A DNA stretch of 47,387 nt from a bacterium (lineage in GTDB: Bacteria; Krumholzibacteriota; Krumholzibacteriia; G020349025): positions 1-47,387 of the forward strand of contig JANLSU010000022.1 of the NCBI GenBank assembly GCA_031362565.1, given 5' to 3'. The translations under genes were made by a program, and so were the position numbers. The notes under the pieces are model-generated. The model did not search any database, had not been told where the DNA came from, and saw only the letters and a program-made list of their open reading frames with translations. This document shows, piece after piece, positions 1-9,800 of the stretch (positions are counted from its first letter, which is position 1; each line of letters opens with the position of its first letter).

Positions 1-195
1 CACGGCCGATGGGTTTTTCCCCCGCGAACACGCGGGTCGCCCCCGATGCAACAATAACACGAATCTCGCAAAACGGGCGGGCGCGCGCCCGGCCGATCGC
101 GCGCTCGCGCGGCGCCGCGACGGAATCAAAACTGTCGGCACCTTCGACGACGAACTCGGCGCAGGCGCGTTGAAAATCAATACAACGGAGGAGAA

Positions 196-1794
196 TCATG
201 CACCGGTCCTCCCGTTGTCGACAGCACTCACGGTGTCAGTGGCACGCCCCGTGCCGGCCGCGGCGCCCTGCCCGTCGCGGCGCAGCACGATGAGCGTCAA
301 GTCGTCACTATGCGCGCGTGCACCGCGATGCCGGTCGACGGCGTCCAAGAGCGAGCCCACCACGGCGCTAGGCGGCGCCGCCGGCAAGGCGCGCAGCCGT
401 CCCAGCACGGCTTCGAACCCGAGCGTCCCACCGGCTGTATCCATGGCTTCCACGAGGCCGTCGCTGTACAACACGAGACCCGCACCGGGCTCGAGTTGCA
501 CGGTATGAGCCCGCAGGCTGCGTTCGAAGATGGCGTCCGGAAACAAACCGATTGGCTTGCCGCCGGCTTCGAGCAGGCGTGGCTCTTTTGCCCCGAACAG
601 AATCGGCGGACAGTGCCCGGCGCTCACGTAGTGAAAGGTATTCTGGCGCGTGTTCAGCACTCCATAGAGGCAGGTCACGAACATGCCGGGCCGGAGCGAC
701 TTCCGCAACATACGGCTGGCCTGCACGAGCGCGCCCTCGACGTCGCCATCCACCGGCGCGAGCATGTGGAGCGCGGTGCGCAGCATCGACATGACGACGA
801 GCCCCGGCACGCCCTTGCCGCTCACATCGGCGGTCACCAAAGCCACCCGGTCGGCGTCGAGCGGCAGCACATCGTAGTAATCGCCGCTCACTTCGAGCGC
901 CGGCACGTAGTGCGCTTGGAGCTGGTAGCCGGTGGGCGGTGCCGCAGCCTGTGGCAGGAGCATCGACTGCAGATCGCGGGCGATCTCGAGCTCGCGATCG
1001 AGCCGCTCCTTTTGAATGAGGTTCGTCTGCGCCGCCTGCAGTCCGGCGGCCATGGAATTCACCAGATCGGCGAACAGGCCCAGTTCGTTTCGCCGCCGCA
1101 CCCGAACGCGGGTCGCGAGATCGCCGGACGCCAGGCGCAGCACGCCGCGCCGCAACTCGTCGAGCGGCCGCAGATTGAGCCGCACGAGCAAGAGCACGGC
1201 GGCGATGGCCACGAGCGTGCCGGCGCCTCCCAACCACATGAGGTGCGATTGGGCGCGGTGCAGCGACGCCTCGATCCCGGCGCGGCTGGCGCGGGCCACC
1301 AACGTGCCGATGCGCTCGTCGAGGCGCAGGATCGGCTGTTCGATGACGATTTCATTGCCTTCGAGCCAGGCGTCGCCGGCCGCAATGCCCGGCAGAACGA
1401 CGCGCGTTCCCATCGGCCGTTGCGTCAAGTCGCGCCCGACTTGCAGCAGATCCCGATGCCCGAGCACCTTGTTCTGGGTGTCGAGAACGACGAGATCCAC
1501 CAAATCGGGAACCTGCGACAACGCCTTGACGACGAACGGCCGCAATTCGAATTCGGGGTCGCGGTGCAAGAGCGGTCCCGAGGCCGCCAGTGCCAAACTG
1601 CGCGTTTCGGACAACAAGCGTAGCGTGAACTGCCGGGTGAGCGTTTCACGCTGGCGTTCGACGGCAATCCAGCCGGTGGTGAGAAAACTCACGCCCACGA
1701 CGACGGCCACGGCCAAGCCGAGCTGTACGCCCAGCCGGCGATGCAGCGCCAGGCTACCGGGCGCTGCCGTTGCCTCGGATATGCTCGAGCTCAC
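196..1794 (-). CDS. Membrane HAMP + PP2C/SpoIIE (RsbU-like) serine phosphatase
   Basis: Two TM segments, HAMP (RPLDELRRGVLRLASGDL..RNELGLFA), PP2C motifs EVSGDYYD, ADVSGKGVP, SAGHCPP, YSDGLVEA, SDDLT. GTG start at 1794 follows AGGAGG and overlaps the 3' end of the upstream gene. Confidence 0.9.
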   Translation of the reverse strand: MSSSISEATAAPGSLALHRRLGVQLGLAVAVVVGVSFLTTGWIAVERQRETLTRQFTLRLLSETRSLALAASGPLLHRDPEFELRPFVVKALSQVPDLVDLVVLDTQNKVLGHRDLLQVGRDLTQRPMGTRVVLPGIAAGDAWLEGNEIVIEQPILRLDERIGTLVARASRAGIEASLHRAQSHLMWLGGAGTLVAIAAVLLLVRLNLRPLDELRRGVLRLASGDLATRVRVRRRNELGLFADLVNSMAAGLQAAQTNLIQKERLDRELEIARDLQSMLLPQAAAPPTGYQLQAHYVPALEVSGDYYDVLPLDADRVALVTADVSGKGVPGLVVMSMLRTALHMLAPVDGDVEGALVQASRMLRKSLRPGMFVTCLYGVLNTRQNTFHYVSAGHCPPILFGAKEPRLLEAGGKPIGLFPDAIFERSLRAHTVQLEPGAGLVLYSDGLVEAMDTAGGTLGFEAVLGRLRALPAAPPSAVVGSLLDAVDRHRGARAHSDDLTLIVLRRDGQGAAAGTGRATDTVSAVDNGRTGA

Positions 1795-3826
1795 TCTGTT
1801 CCTCCTGGACCCGCGCGAGGTATCGCAACGCCTTGTCGTTCTTGGGATCGATTTCGAGCACGCGCCGGCACCGGTCGGTCGCCGCCGCGTAGTTGCCGCT
1901 GCCATACAGCCCGATGATTTGATACAGGTACGCCTTCACCAAGTGATCGCCGATGTTCTCGTAGTCAGGCGCCAGCAACCACACCGCCTGCCATTCGCGG
2001 GTTGCGGTCTCGAAGTCGCCGCCTTGGAACGACTTGAATCCGGCCTGATAGCGCCGCTCGACTTCGCGCCGCTCGTCCGTCGAAAGGGTGCGATGCACGG
2101 CGCGGGAGTCGGTGTTGCTGCGCACCGCCGTACGCGCCGCGGCAGCCGCGGTGCGGCTCTCCAACTCGGCGGTCCGCACGACGTCGCGATCGTGGCGTGA
2201 TCGGCTACGCGCCGCCGTCCAGTCGGAGAGGAGCGCCGTCAGTTGCGTCGATTTCCCGAGCACGCGTTGGGTGTCCACCAAGAGACCGAGCGCCGTGTCG
2301 TAATCGCCGGCCGCCGCCGCGGCTCGCGCCCGGTCGAGTAGTTCCGAGCCGCGCGCGGCGCGCGCCGTGTGGACGCGTTGATACAGCTCGCGGCCGAGGG
2401 CGTGGTTCGGATCGAGGCGCGCCAATTCGGTCAGTGCTGTTTCGGCGCCTGCATAGTCGCTTTCAGTGAAGCGTGCCAGCGCGTCACGGAAAAGTGCATT
2501 CAACTGCCGCTCGCGGTCGGCGGCACTCTGAAGTTGGCCGCGCGCCCGCTCGAGACCCTGCGTCGCCCGCGGTTCCTTGGGCCAGCCGGTCAGGATCTGC
2601 TGGAATTCCGTCGTGGCGCGGGCCGCGTCGCCGCCTGCGAAGAGGGCGTTCGCACGTCCGAGCGCCACACCGAGTTCGGCGTTGTGCAGCCCGAGATCGG
2701 CCGCTGCATCGCTCGGGTCGAGCGCCAGCGCGCGCCGGTAGTCGTGCACCGCATCGTCATACCGCTGGGCCGCGAGCGCCGAATCGCCGGCCGCCCGCGA
2801 GCGCGCCCGCTCGGCTTCTTCGCGGCTTTCGAGCTGGTGGGCGAGTTGCTCGGTGACCTCGCTTTCGCGCTGGCGGCGCCGCGCCGCACGCCGGTCTTCG
2901 GTGCGCTGTCCGAGGCGGAAGGCGAGTGCGAAGCGATCGTTGCGTCCGAGCGCATCGTCGGCGCGCAGCGCATAGTCCAGCCGCACTTGCCGCCACGCAA
3001 CACCACAACCGAAGGTCGGATGGCCGGCGTCCAGTCCGGCGCGGAAGGCGAGAACGTCGCGATACAGGCATTCGGCGCCGGTTCCGAAGCGCGGATCAGC
3101 TCCGGCCGGCACATCGAAGTCGGCGGCGAACGCCCACCGGAGGTGGGCCCCGGTCATCGCCGTCGTGTATGCGGCACCCAGCTTGAGGGTGCGCGGGTCG
3201 GCGACGTCCTGGGAGACGAGATGCAGCTTGGGCTCGAGGGCGTTTTCGATCGACACCCCGATGCCGACGCGGTGGGTGCGCGACGCGCCCAAATCCCGCT
3301 CGTACGACAGGCCCAGGTTGCAGCCGATGCCGACATCGCTCGCAGTGGCGAGTTCTTGCTGCAGAATCCGTAGCGCCCCACCCAACGACAAGGAACTGCC
3401 GAGGGTGCGTCCAAAGCCGAGCAAGAGGCTCGATTCGGTGTCACGGGCTTCGCCGAGCGACTGGTTGCGGTCGTCGCGCCGGTCGATCCCGCCGACGGCT
3501 TTGCGTTGATAGCCGACGGCGAAGGTTCCGAGGTCGAGGGTCGGCAGCGCCAGGAACGCCGTACTGTAGACCGCACCGTCCACGAACAGCTCGGTGTGGA
3601 AGAGCGACAACTCGCTCTGCTGCACGCACCCGAGGCGCGCGCTGTTCCAATAGAGGGCCGTCGCATCACTCGTCAGCGCGACCGTGGCACGGCCCATTCC
3701 TAAAGCGCGCCCGCCCGCACCCAGTGTCAGTGGGCTCTCCGTACCATGGCTGTCGTCCCCGGCGAGGGTGCCCGTGGCCCGGCAGATGAGTGCGACTACG
3801 ACAACGATGGACATGGCGCGCTTCAT
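1754..3826 (-). CDS. PorV/PorQ (FadL-like) family outer-membrane protein fused to coiled-coil and TPR repeats
   Basis: Signal peptide; GAGGRALGMGRATVALTSDATALYWNSARL matches the PorV/FadL N-terminal motif; beta-strand-rich region to ~RFALAFRL; then TPR-like helices (YRRALALDP, RRVLEIDPKN). ATGA overlap with the upstream giant gene. Confidence 0.8.
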   Translation of the reverse strand: MKRAMSIVVVVALICRATGTLAGDDSHGTESPLTLGAGGRALGMGRATVALTSDATALYWNSARLGCVQQSELSLFHTELFVDGAVYSTAFLALPTLDLGTFAVGYQRKAVGGIDRRDDRNQSLGEARDTESSLLLGFGRTLGSSLSLGGALRILQQELATASDVGIGCNLGLSYERDLGASRTHRVGIGVSIENALEPKLHLVSQDVADPRTLKLGAAYTTAMTGAHLRWAFAADFDVPAGADPRFGTGAECLYRDVLAFRAGLDAGHPTFGCGVAWRQVRLDYALRADDALGRNDRFALAFRLGQRTEDRRAARRRQRESEVTEQLAHQLESREEAERARSRAAGDSALAAQRYDDAVHDYRRALALDPSDAAADLGLHNAELGVALGRANALFAGGDAARATTEFQQILTGWPKEPRATQGLERARGQLQSAADRERQLNALFRDALARFTESDYAGAETALTELARLDPNHALGRELYQRVHTARAARGSELLDRARAAAAAGDYDTALGLLVDTQRVLGKSTQLTALLSDWTAARSRSRHDRDVVRTAELESRTAAAAARTAVRSNTDSRAVHRTLSTDERREVERRYQAGFKSFQGGDFETATREWQAVWLLAPDYENIGDHLVKAYLYQIIGLYGSGNYAAATDRCRRVLEIDPKNDKALRYLARVQEEQSELEHIRGNGSAR

Positions 3827-6800
3827 CGCAGCACCGCCAGTTTGCGCAGATACCGGCCGCCCTGCGGTCCGTCGATTTGCAGGCGCAGGAGATAGGTGCC
3901 GTTGCGGACGAATTGCCCGGCGCCATTGCGCCCATCCCAGAGCAAGGTGTCGAAGAGGCCGGCCGGCAACGCCCGGCCGTCGATCAGGCGCACCACACGG
4001 TCGCCGGTCAGGGTGTAAATCTCTGCCGTGACGCGCGCATCGGCTGGCAAGTAGAAAGCGATGTGGGTCGATTCCCGTCCCGCCACGAAGGGGTTCGGAT
4101 AGTTGCTGAAGCTGGCTTCGACCGTTGGCGCCAACACGTGCACGGTCGGCGATGTGTACAGGAGCGTCCTGCCGTCGAGTCCGACCGCGGTCAAGGTGTT
4201 GCCGCCGGAGGTCGCCACCAGCGCCGAGTTTCCGATGACGAGCCGCACGTCGTCGGTAGCAGGCGCGGCGCGAATATCGAGTTCGAGTGCGAAATCGAGC
4301 GCTGCCGCCGGCGCCAACGGCGCGAGCGCCGCCAAGTCGAATTGCAGGCTGTCACCGGCCAGAGTCGCCGCGACCACCGTGCCCGCCGCCACCAACCGCG
4401 CCGCCGAAGCGAACGATGTGGCTGCCAGCGGCTTGGCGTTCGCGTCTTGCACCCGAACCACGAGCGTCGAAAGTGCCAGCGCCGCTTGATTGGCGTTGCC
4501 GGGATGAGCGATCTGGAGCCCCAGGAGTGCGGCGCCACTGGCGCCACGGGTCACGTTGGCGGGCGGTCCGGTCGTGACACCCAGGGCGACTTGGGTGGGC
4601 GCGGTGACGATGCGAATGAGATCGCTCGCAAACGGCAGTGATCCGGCCGGCAAGAGGGGTCGCGATGGATCATTTGCATCGCGCAGGCGCAGCGCGTCGG
4701 CATCGAATGCGAACCGCACCCACGCATGCTCGAGCGGCGACACGAGATCGGCTTCGAGTGTCAGCGCGACGGAGTCGCCCGGGGCGATCGCGACCGGCGA
4801 CGTCCACGGAATACTGATTGCGGCTCCGGCATCCGGAATTGCCGGCGCCGATGCAACGATCACTCCCGCTTGCCGAACTCGCAAGGCGCGGAGCACGCCG
4901 CGCGGCACGAGCCCATTGCCGGCATCGTCGAGGGTGCGGACAACGAGTTGCGTCAGCTCGATCGCGGCACTGCCCACGGGATCGACGTCGCGGATGACGA
5001 CATCGGCTACAGCCACGGATGCGGCGCCCGGAAATGAACTGGCGGGCGTCCGTGAGACGATTCCTGCGATCGCGTCGACGGCGGCGGTTTCGAGAGTCGC
5101 GAGGCCCAGGGTGCGCGGCATGGGATCGGCCGGGACTGGCTCGACCGGCACGAGAACGCCGCTCACGGCGTCGCGTGTCACGACATCGGTCGCGGCCGCC
5201 AGTTCCAAGCGCAGCGAACTCGCCGTCGCATTGGCCAAGATGTCGACGACCACGTCGACCGGTTCCGGCGCTCCCGAGGCGATCGTTTTCGGAATCGTCA
5301 GCGGCAACTGCAGGCGCCCGCTGCTGGTGTCAAAGGTCGACGTCGAGAGCAGAATGGTCGAGTTGCTGCGGATTTCGAGCCGTCCGAGCGCCGTGCTTGG
5401 ATCGAGCGGCGCGCCTGCCGCATCACGCACGTCGAGAGCGATCTGCGTCAGCCGGACTTCGCTCTCACCGGGTTGCCCCGGGACCGTGAACGTGATTCGG
5501 CCGGCCACGATGTTCGTCTGGCCGCGGTCGAGGCGCGGTGGCAAAAGGGCAACGATGGCAGCATCGACATGCGGGGTCGGCGTCCGGAGTGCCGCGGCTT
5601 GCGAAGTCCAGGGCAGCGACGCTTGAATCGTGACCGGCGCCGCACTGTTGGCGTCGATGGCGCTCACACCTGTCGCATCCACCACGCGCAGGCGGAAACT
5701 TGTCGCGGTTGCCGTTGCTGCAATCGCTACCTGCAGCGTGACGCTCCGCTCTTCGTCCGGCGCGAGCACGATCGGCGTACTGAGATCGACCTGCACCCAA
5801 GAGGTGTCCGGCGGGCTCGTCGAGGCCGCATAGACGGTGTTGCCGCTCCGAATGTCGAATGCCGACAGCACCGCAGAGGCGCGTTCCGCTACTCCCGATT
5901 GATCTTCGACGACGAACGCCAAGCGTTGCACGACGATGGGGGCGGCCTGCGCACCGTGATCGGGATGCAGGAGTTTCCAGGTGCACGCGACGATGCCGCT
6001 CTGCCCACGGCTCAATAGGGCCGGCAGGCTCGAGAGCATCGTGACACCCAGGCCCGTCGGCGGTTCTTGCACTTCGATACCGGCGCTCGAAGCCGGGGCG
6101 CTCTCGACACTGCTGTCAGGCCGGCCGACGACGGCGATCAATTGGGTCGAACCCGCGGCGTCGAAGTGGATGCGATAGGCGAGTGTATCGCTCACTCCGG
6201 GTGCCAGCTGAACCCTTGCCGGCACCGGGCCCGATTCAATCTGGAATGGGAGCGCCGGCGCCGCTTCGAAGCGGAGTGGCGCGATGCTGTCCAACGCGAC
6301 CGAACCGCGGTTGCGGGCCATGATGTGCACCGTCAAGCTTTGGCCGCGGCTGGCGCGCAGCGGCTGCACGAATGTCGTCGCGAGGAGTGCGCTGGCGGAC
6401 ATGTGATGTACGGTGGATCCGACAACCGGTGAATCGATCGGCCCATCGTTCGCAGATGCGACCTGCAAGCCGCCGAGCGGCACCTGCAATTGCATGGTTC
6501 GTCCGTCACCGGGTGCAGGCGCCGCATCGACCGTGACATAGAAGCGGTGTCCGCCGGTGGCGATCGGTGCCGCGAGTCCCCCGAACCGCAGCGCACCGCC
6601 CCCAGGGGTGAGTGTCCGCAACAGGATGTCCGTCGCCGCATCGAAGTGCGCCGCCGCGGGATCGAGGTCGCTTTCCTGCCAGAGGCGAATCGCCGCGATG
6701 TCGGGTCCGAACTCAGCCCCCGTGGGCGATGCCACGAACTCGACTGTGAGCGCCTCCAAGACGTCACTGTCGAGGCCGTTGGACGGCACGCGCAGGTCCA

Positions 6801-9800
6801 GGGTCACGACGTTTGTTTCGCCGCCACCAAGGGTCTGTGGGACGATGGCGCGGCTTTCGATCGCCCGCGCCAACACTCCATCGATGGTGTCGAGGCCCGG
6901 CGAATTGATCTCGAACTCGGCCGCGGTCGACGTCGTTCCCTGGCCACTGACCGCATAGGTGAACGAATTGGCATCGACAATGGCGGCATCGGCAGTCGAC
7001 GCATCTCGGGCGTTGCCGTCCGCCAGTGAATACACGACGAGCAAGCGCGCCTGTACGAGCGGTAAGACGTCGAAGGCGAAGGAACCGAAGTGCACGCTGC
7101 CGGCGTTGGCCGTGGCGGTCGCGAGTGGTGCTTCGCTCGCGTCGACGATGCCGTTTTGGTTGGTGTCCGCGTACAACCTCCAAACGTCGTACTCGAGATC
7201 CCCGGCCGTGCCGCGCGTCGCGACGTCGAGTGCAACCAAGGTGCGCGCCTGGGAGTAAGTGTTCAGGACTTCGAGGTTGAGAATGGTGCGATCGCGCCCA
7301 TCCGGATCGACGGTATGGTCGCCCACGACGCCGGCCACCCAGATGACTTGGTTCGGCGATGCAAAGACCAGCGGTCCGCCGCCACGCAGTTCGTGGTCGA
7401 CGGGACCATCGTTGCCGCTCGTGACGGTGACGCCCCCCGCCGGCACCCGCGCCTCGAACGTCCGGCCGGTCGTGGCGCCGGTTGCGGGGCGCACGGTGAC
7501 GATAAAACGCTGCGGTAAGCCCGCACGCAGCGGCAGGCTGAGTGTGGGTGACACCCAGGTGCGATCGCCCTGCGACACGAGTGGCGTGACGAGTGCGTCG
7601 CCGGCCCCGAGGACGCCGTCGCCATCCTCGTGGCGTAATGCGACCACTCCGACATCGGATGCCGTCACCGTTCCATTGTTCTCGATTTGCAGTCCGGTGA
7701 GGACATCGTCCTCCAAACCGTTCGCCGGCAGTTCGAAGTCGAGAGCGATCGTCTCGCCGCTGCCGGGTGCCAGAATGCGGTTCGTGATGGGCCGGACGCC
7801 ATAGCCCGCTGCCGATTGCCCATCGATGACCGGCGGATCGAGGGTCTGCAGCGCGCCGGAGACCTGCACGCTGAGTGCGCCGGAGGTCACGACATCCGTG
7901 GCATTCGCGACCCGCACCGCGAGTTGCTCGCCGTCGCGGATGTCGAGCGAGTCAGGCGTCAGCGTCACAAGGAACCGGTGCGGTTGCGCATCGAGAACGA
8001 CATGCAACAGACCCGTGGCGCCGAATACCAGCGAATCACCCGGCAGTGGGACGATTGCCTCGAGAAGCGGATCGGTATCACTCCGGACACCGTTGCCATC
8101 GGCGTCCGACCAGAGTGCGGCGCGCACCAATTCGGCGTTGGGGTTGGCGAGGGCGCCGCCCGGGCCACTCGCCAGGTTGCGCAGGCGGAGCAGGCGTAAG
8201 GTATCGGGCGCCGCTGCAACCGCGGTCAATTCGAGACCCAAGACCGCCAAGTCGGTCGAGGCGCGCGGCACGATGCCGGGCGCCGTGATGGGCGCCCGAG
8301 AAACGAACAGTGTATGCGGTGACTCGAGCGTCAGCACATTCGGGTTGTCCCACGCCGCGTCGACCGGACCCGTGCGTCCCGACGCGAAATCAAGGCTCGA
8401 GAGCGGCAATTCGAACTGTATGGTGCGGCCGGCTTCGCTCCCGAGCGCGGCATCGGCGATGACCCGTACCCAAAGGCCGGCGACCGGCACCGGAAGATGC
8501 AGATCGCTCGCCGCCCAACGGCCGCCGCCCGTGTGCACGAGATCGGCCACATCCGTCCACGGCGACGGACCGCTTTGGAGTTTCAGGTGTTCGATCTCGA
8601 GTCCCGCCCGCGCCGTTCCAAGCTGCCGGACGCCGAACGCGGTGAGTGAGTCGGCGCTGCCGCCGTCGTCCGGTAAACGCAGTTCGAACACGCTGTGATC
8701 GGTGGTTCCGGCGACGATCGTTCCGGCCGCGACCGGCTGGAAGACGACTTGCGCCTGCACGAAGTCATGGACGTGAACCGCACCCGCGCTCTGCAGTGGA
8801 AAATCGGCGACCAGCGCCGTCGCCGCCGCCCAGAAGATGTCGCCAACCGCCGCAACGCCTGCATCCGCGGTGCTGCCGTGCGCGGCGGCGGTCATCGACA
8901 CGTCGCCGGTGACGAACAACGTTTGCGACGTACCCACCGCCAGGTCGACACTCAACCCCGTCGCCGTCCATGTCCCGGCACTCGGCGCGCCCATGGCGAG
9001 TTCCGTGTCCTGGGGCGGGTCGAAGCCACCGTCACCATCGTCGCGCCACAGGTGGAGCGCCGTCAGCGGCCCAGAGACCTGGGCTCGCAACGCGGTCAGG
9101 CGGCGCACATCCAGATAGCGATTGGTAAGGCGCAGCGTGAGCAGCAATGCGGCCGGCGTTCCCGGCGTCACACTTTGATCGCCGGCTGCCAGGGCTTCGA
9201 CTTGCACGGCGGGCAGCACGGTCACGGTTGCGGCGGCCGACGTGAGGCCGGCGTAGGTCGCTGTGACGTTCACGGTGCCGAGCGCGATCGCGGTCGCAAC
9301 GCCGTTCCCATCGACGTACAAGAGACCCGGCGCGTCGGATGCCCAGGTCGAGAGCGCCGTTACGTCGGCGGTCGATCCATCGCTGAACGTCGCGCGCGAC
9401 GTCATCTGCTTGGTGCGGCCGAGCCGCAGTGTCGTGCTGGCGGGCAGCACGCTCACCAAAGTCGGCGTCGCCGGATTCACTTGCAGGCGGGCGGCAAGCG
9501 CCTGCACTCCGCCGACCGATGCTCCGACGGTCGTCAACCCGACGCCATGCGTCGTGACGAGTCCGCCGGCCTCGGCGGTCGCCACCAGCGTGTCGGCTGT
9601 CGACCACACGGCGAGGTTGGTGACGTCGTAGACGCTGGCATCGGCGTGTGCAAAGGCGCGATAGGGCAGTGTCGCCCCCAAGACGACGACCGTATCGGCG
9701 GGTGCAATGTGGAGCGAGTCCATGGCCGTGTCCCCGACGCGCACCGTGCAAGGCAGAGACGTGACACCGGAGAACGTGGCTTGTACGAGGGCGACACCCG

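Noticed and set aside
74..121. GC-rich self-complementary stretch downstream of the phosphatase gene
   Set aside because: No clear single stem with a U-tract; expected at this GC content.
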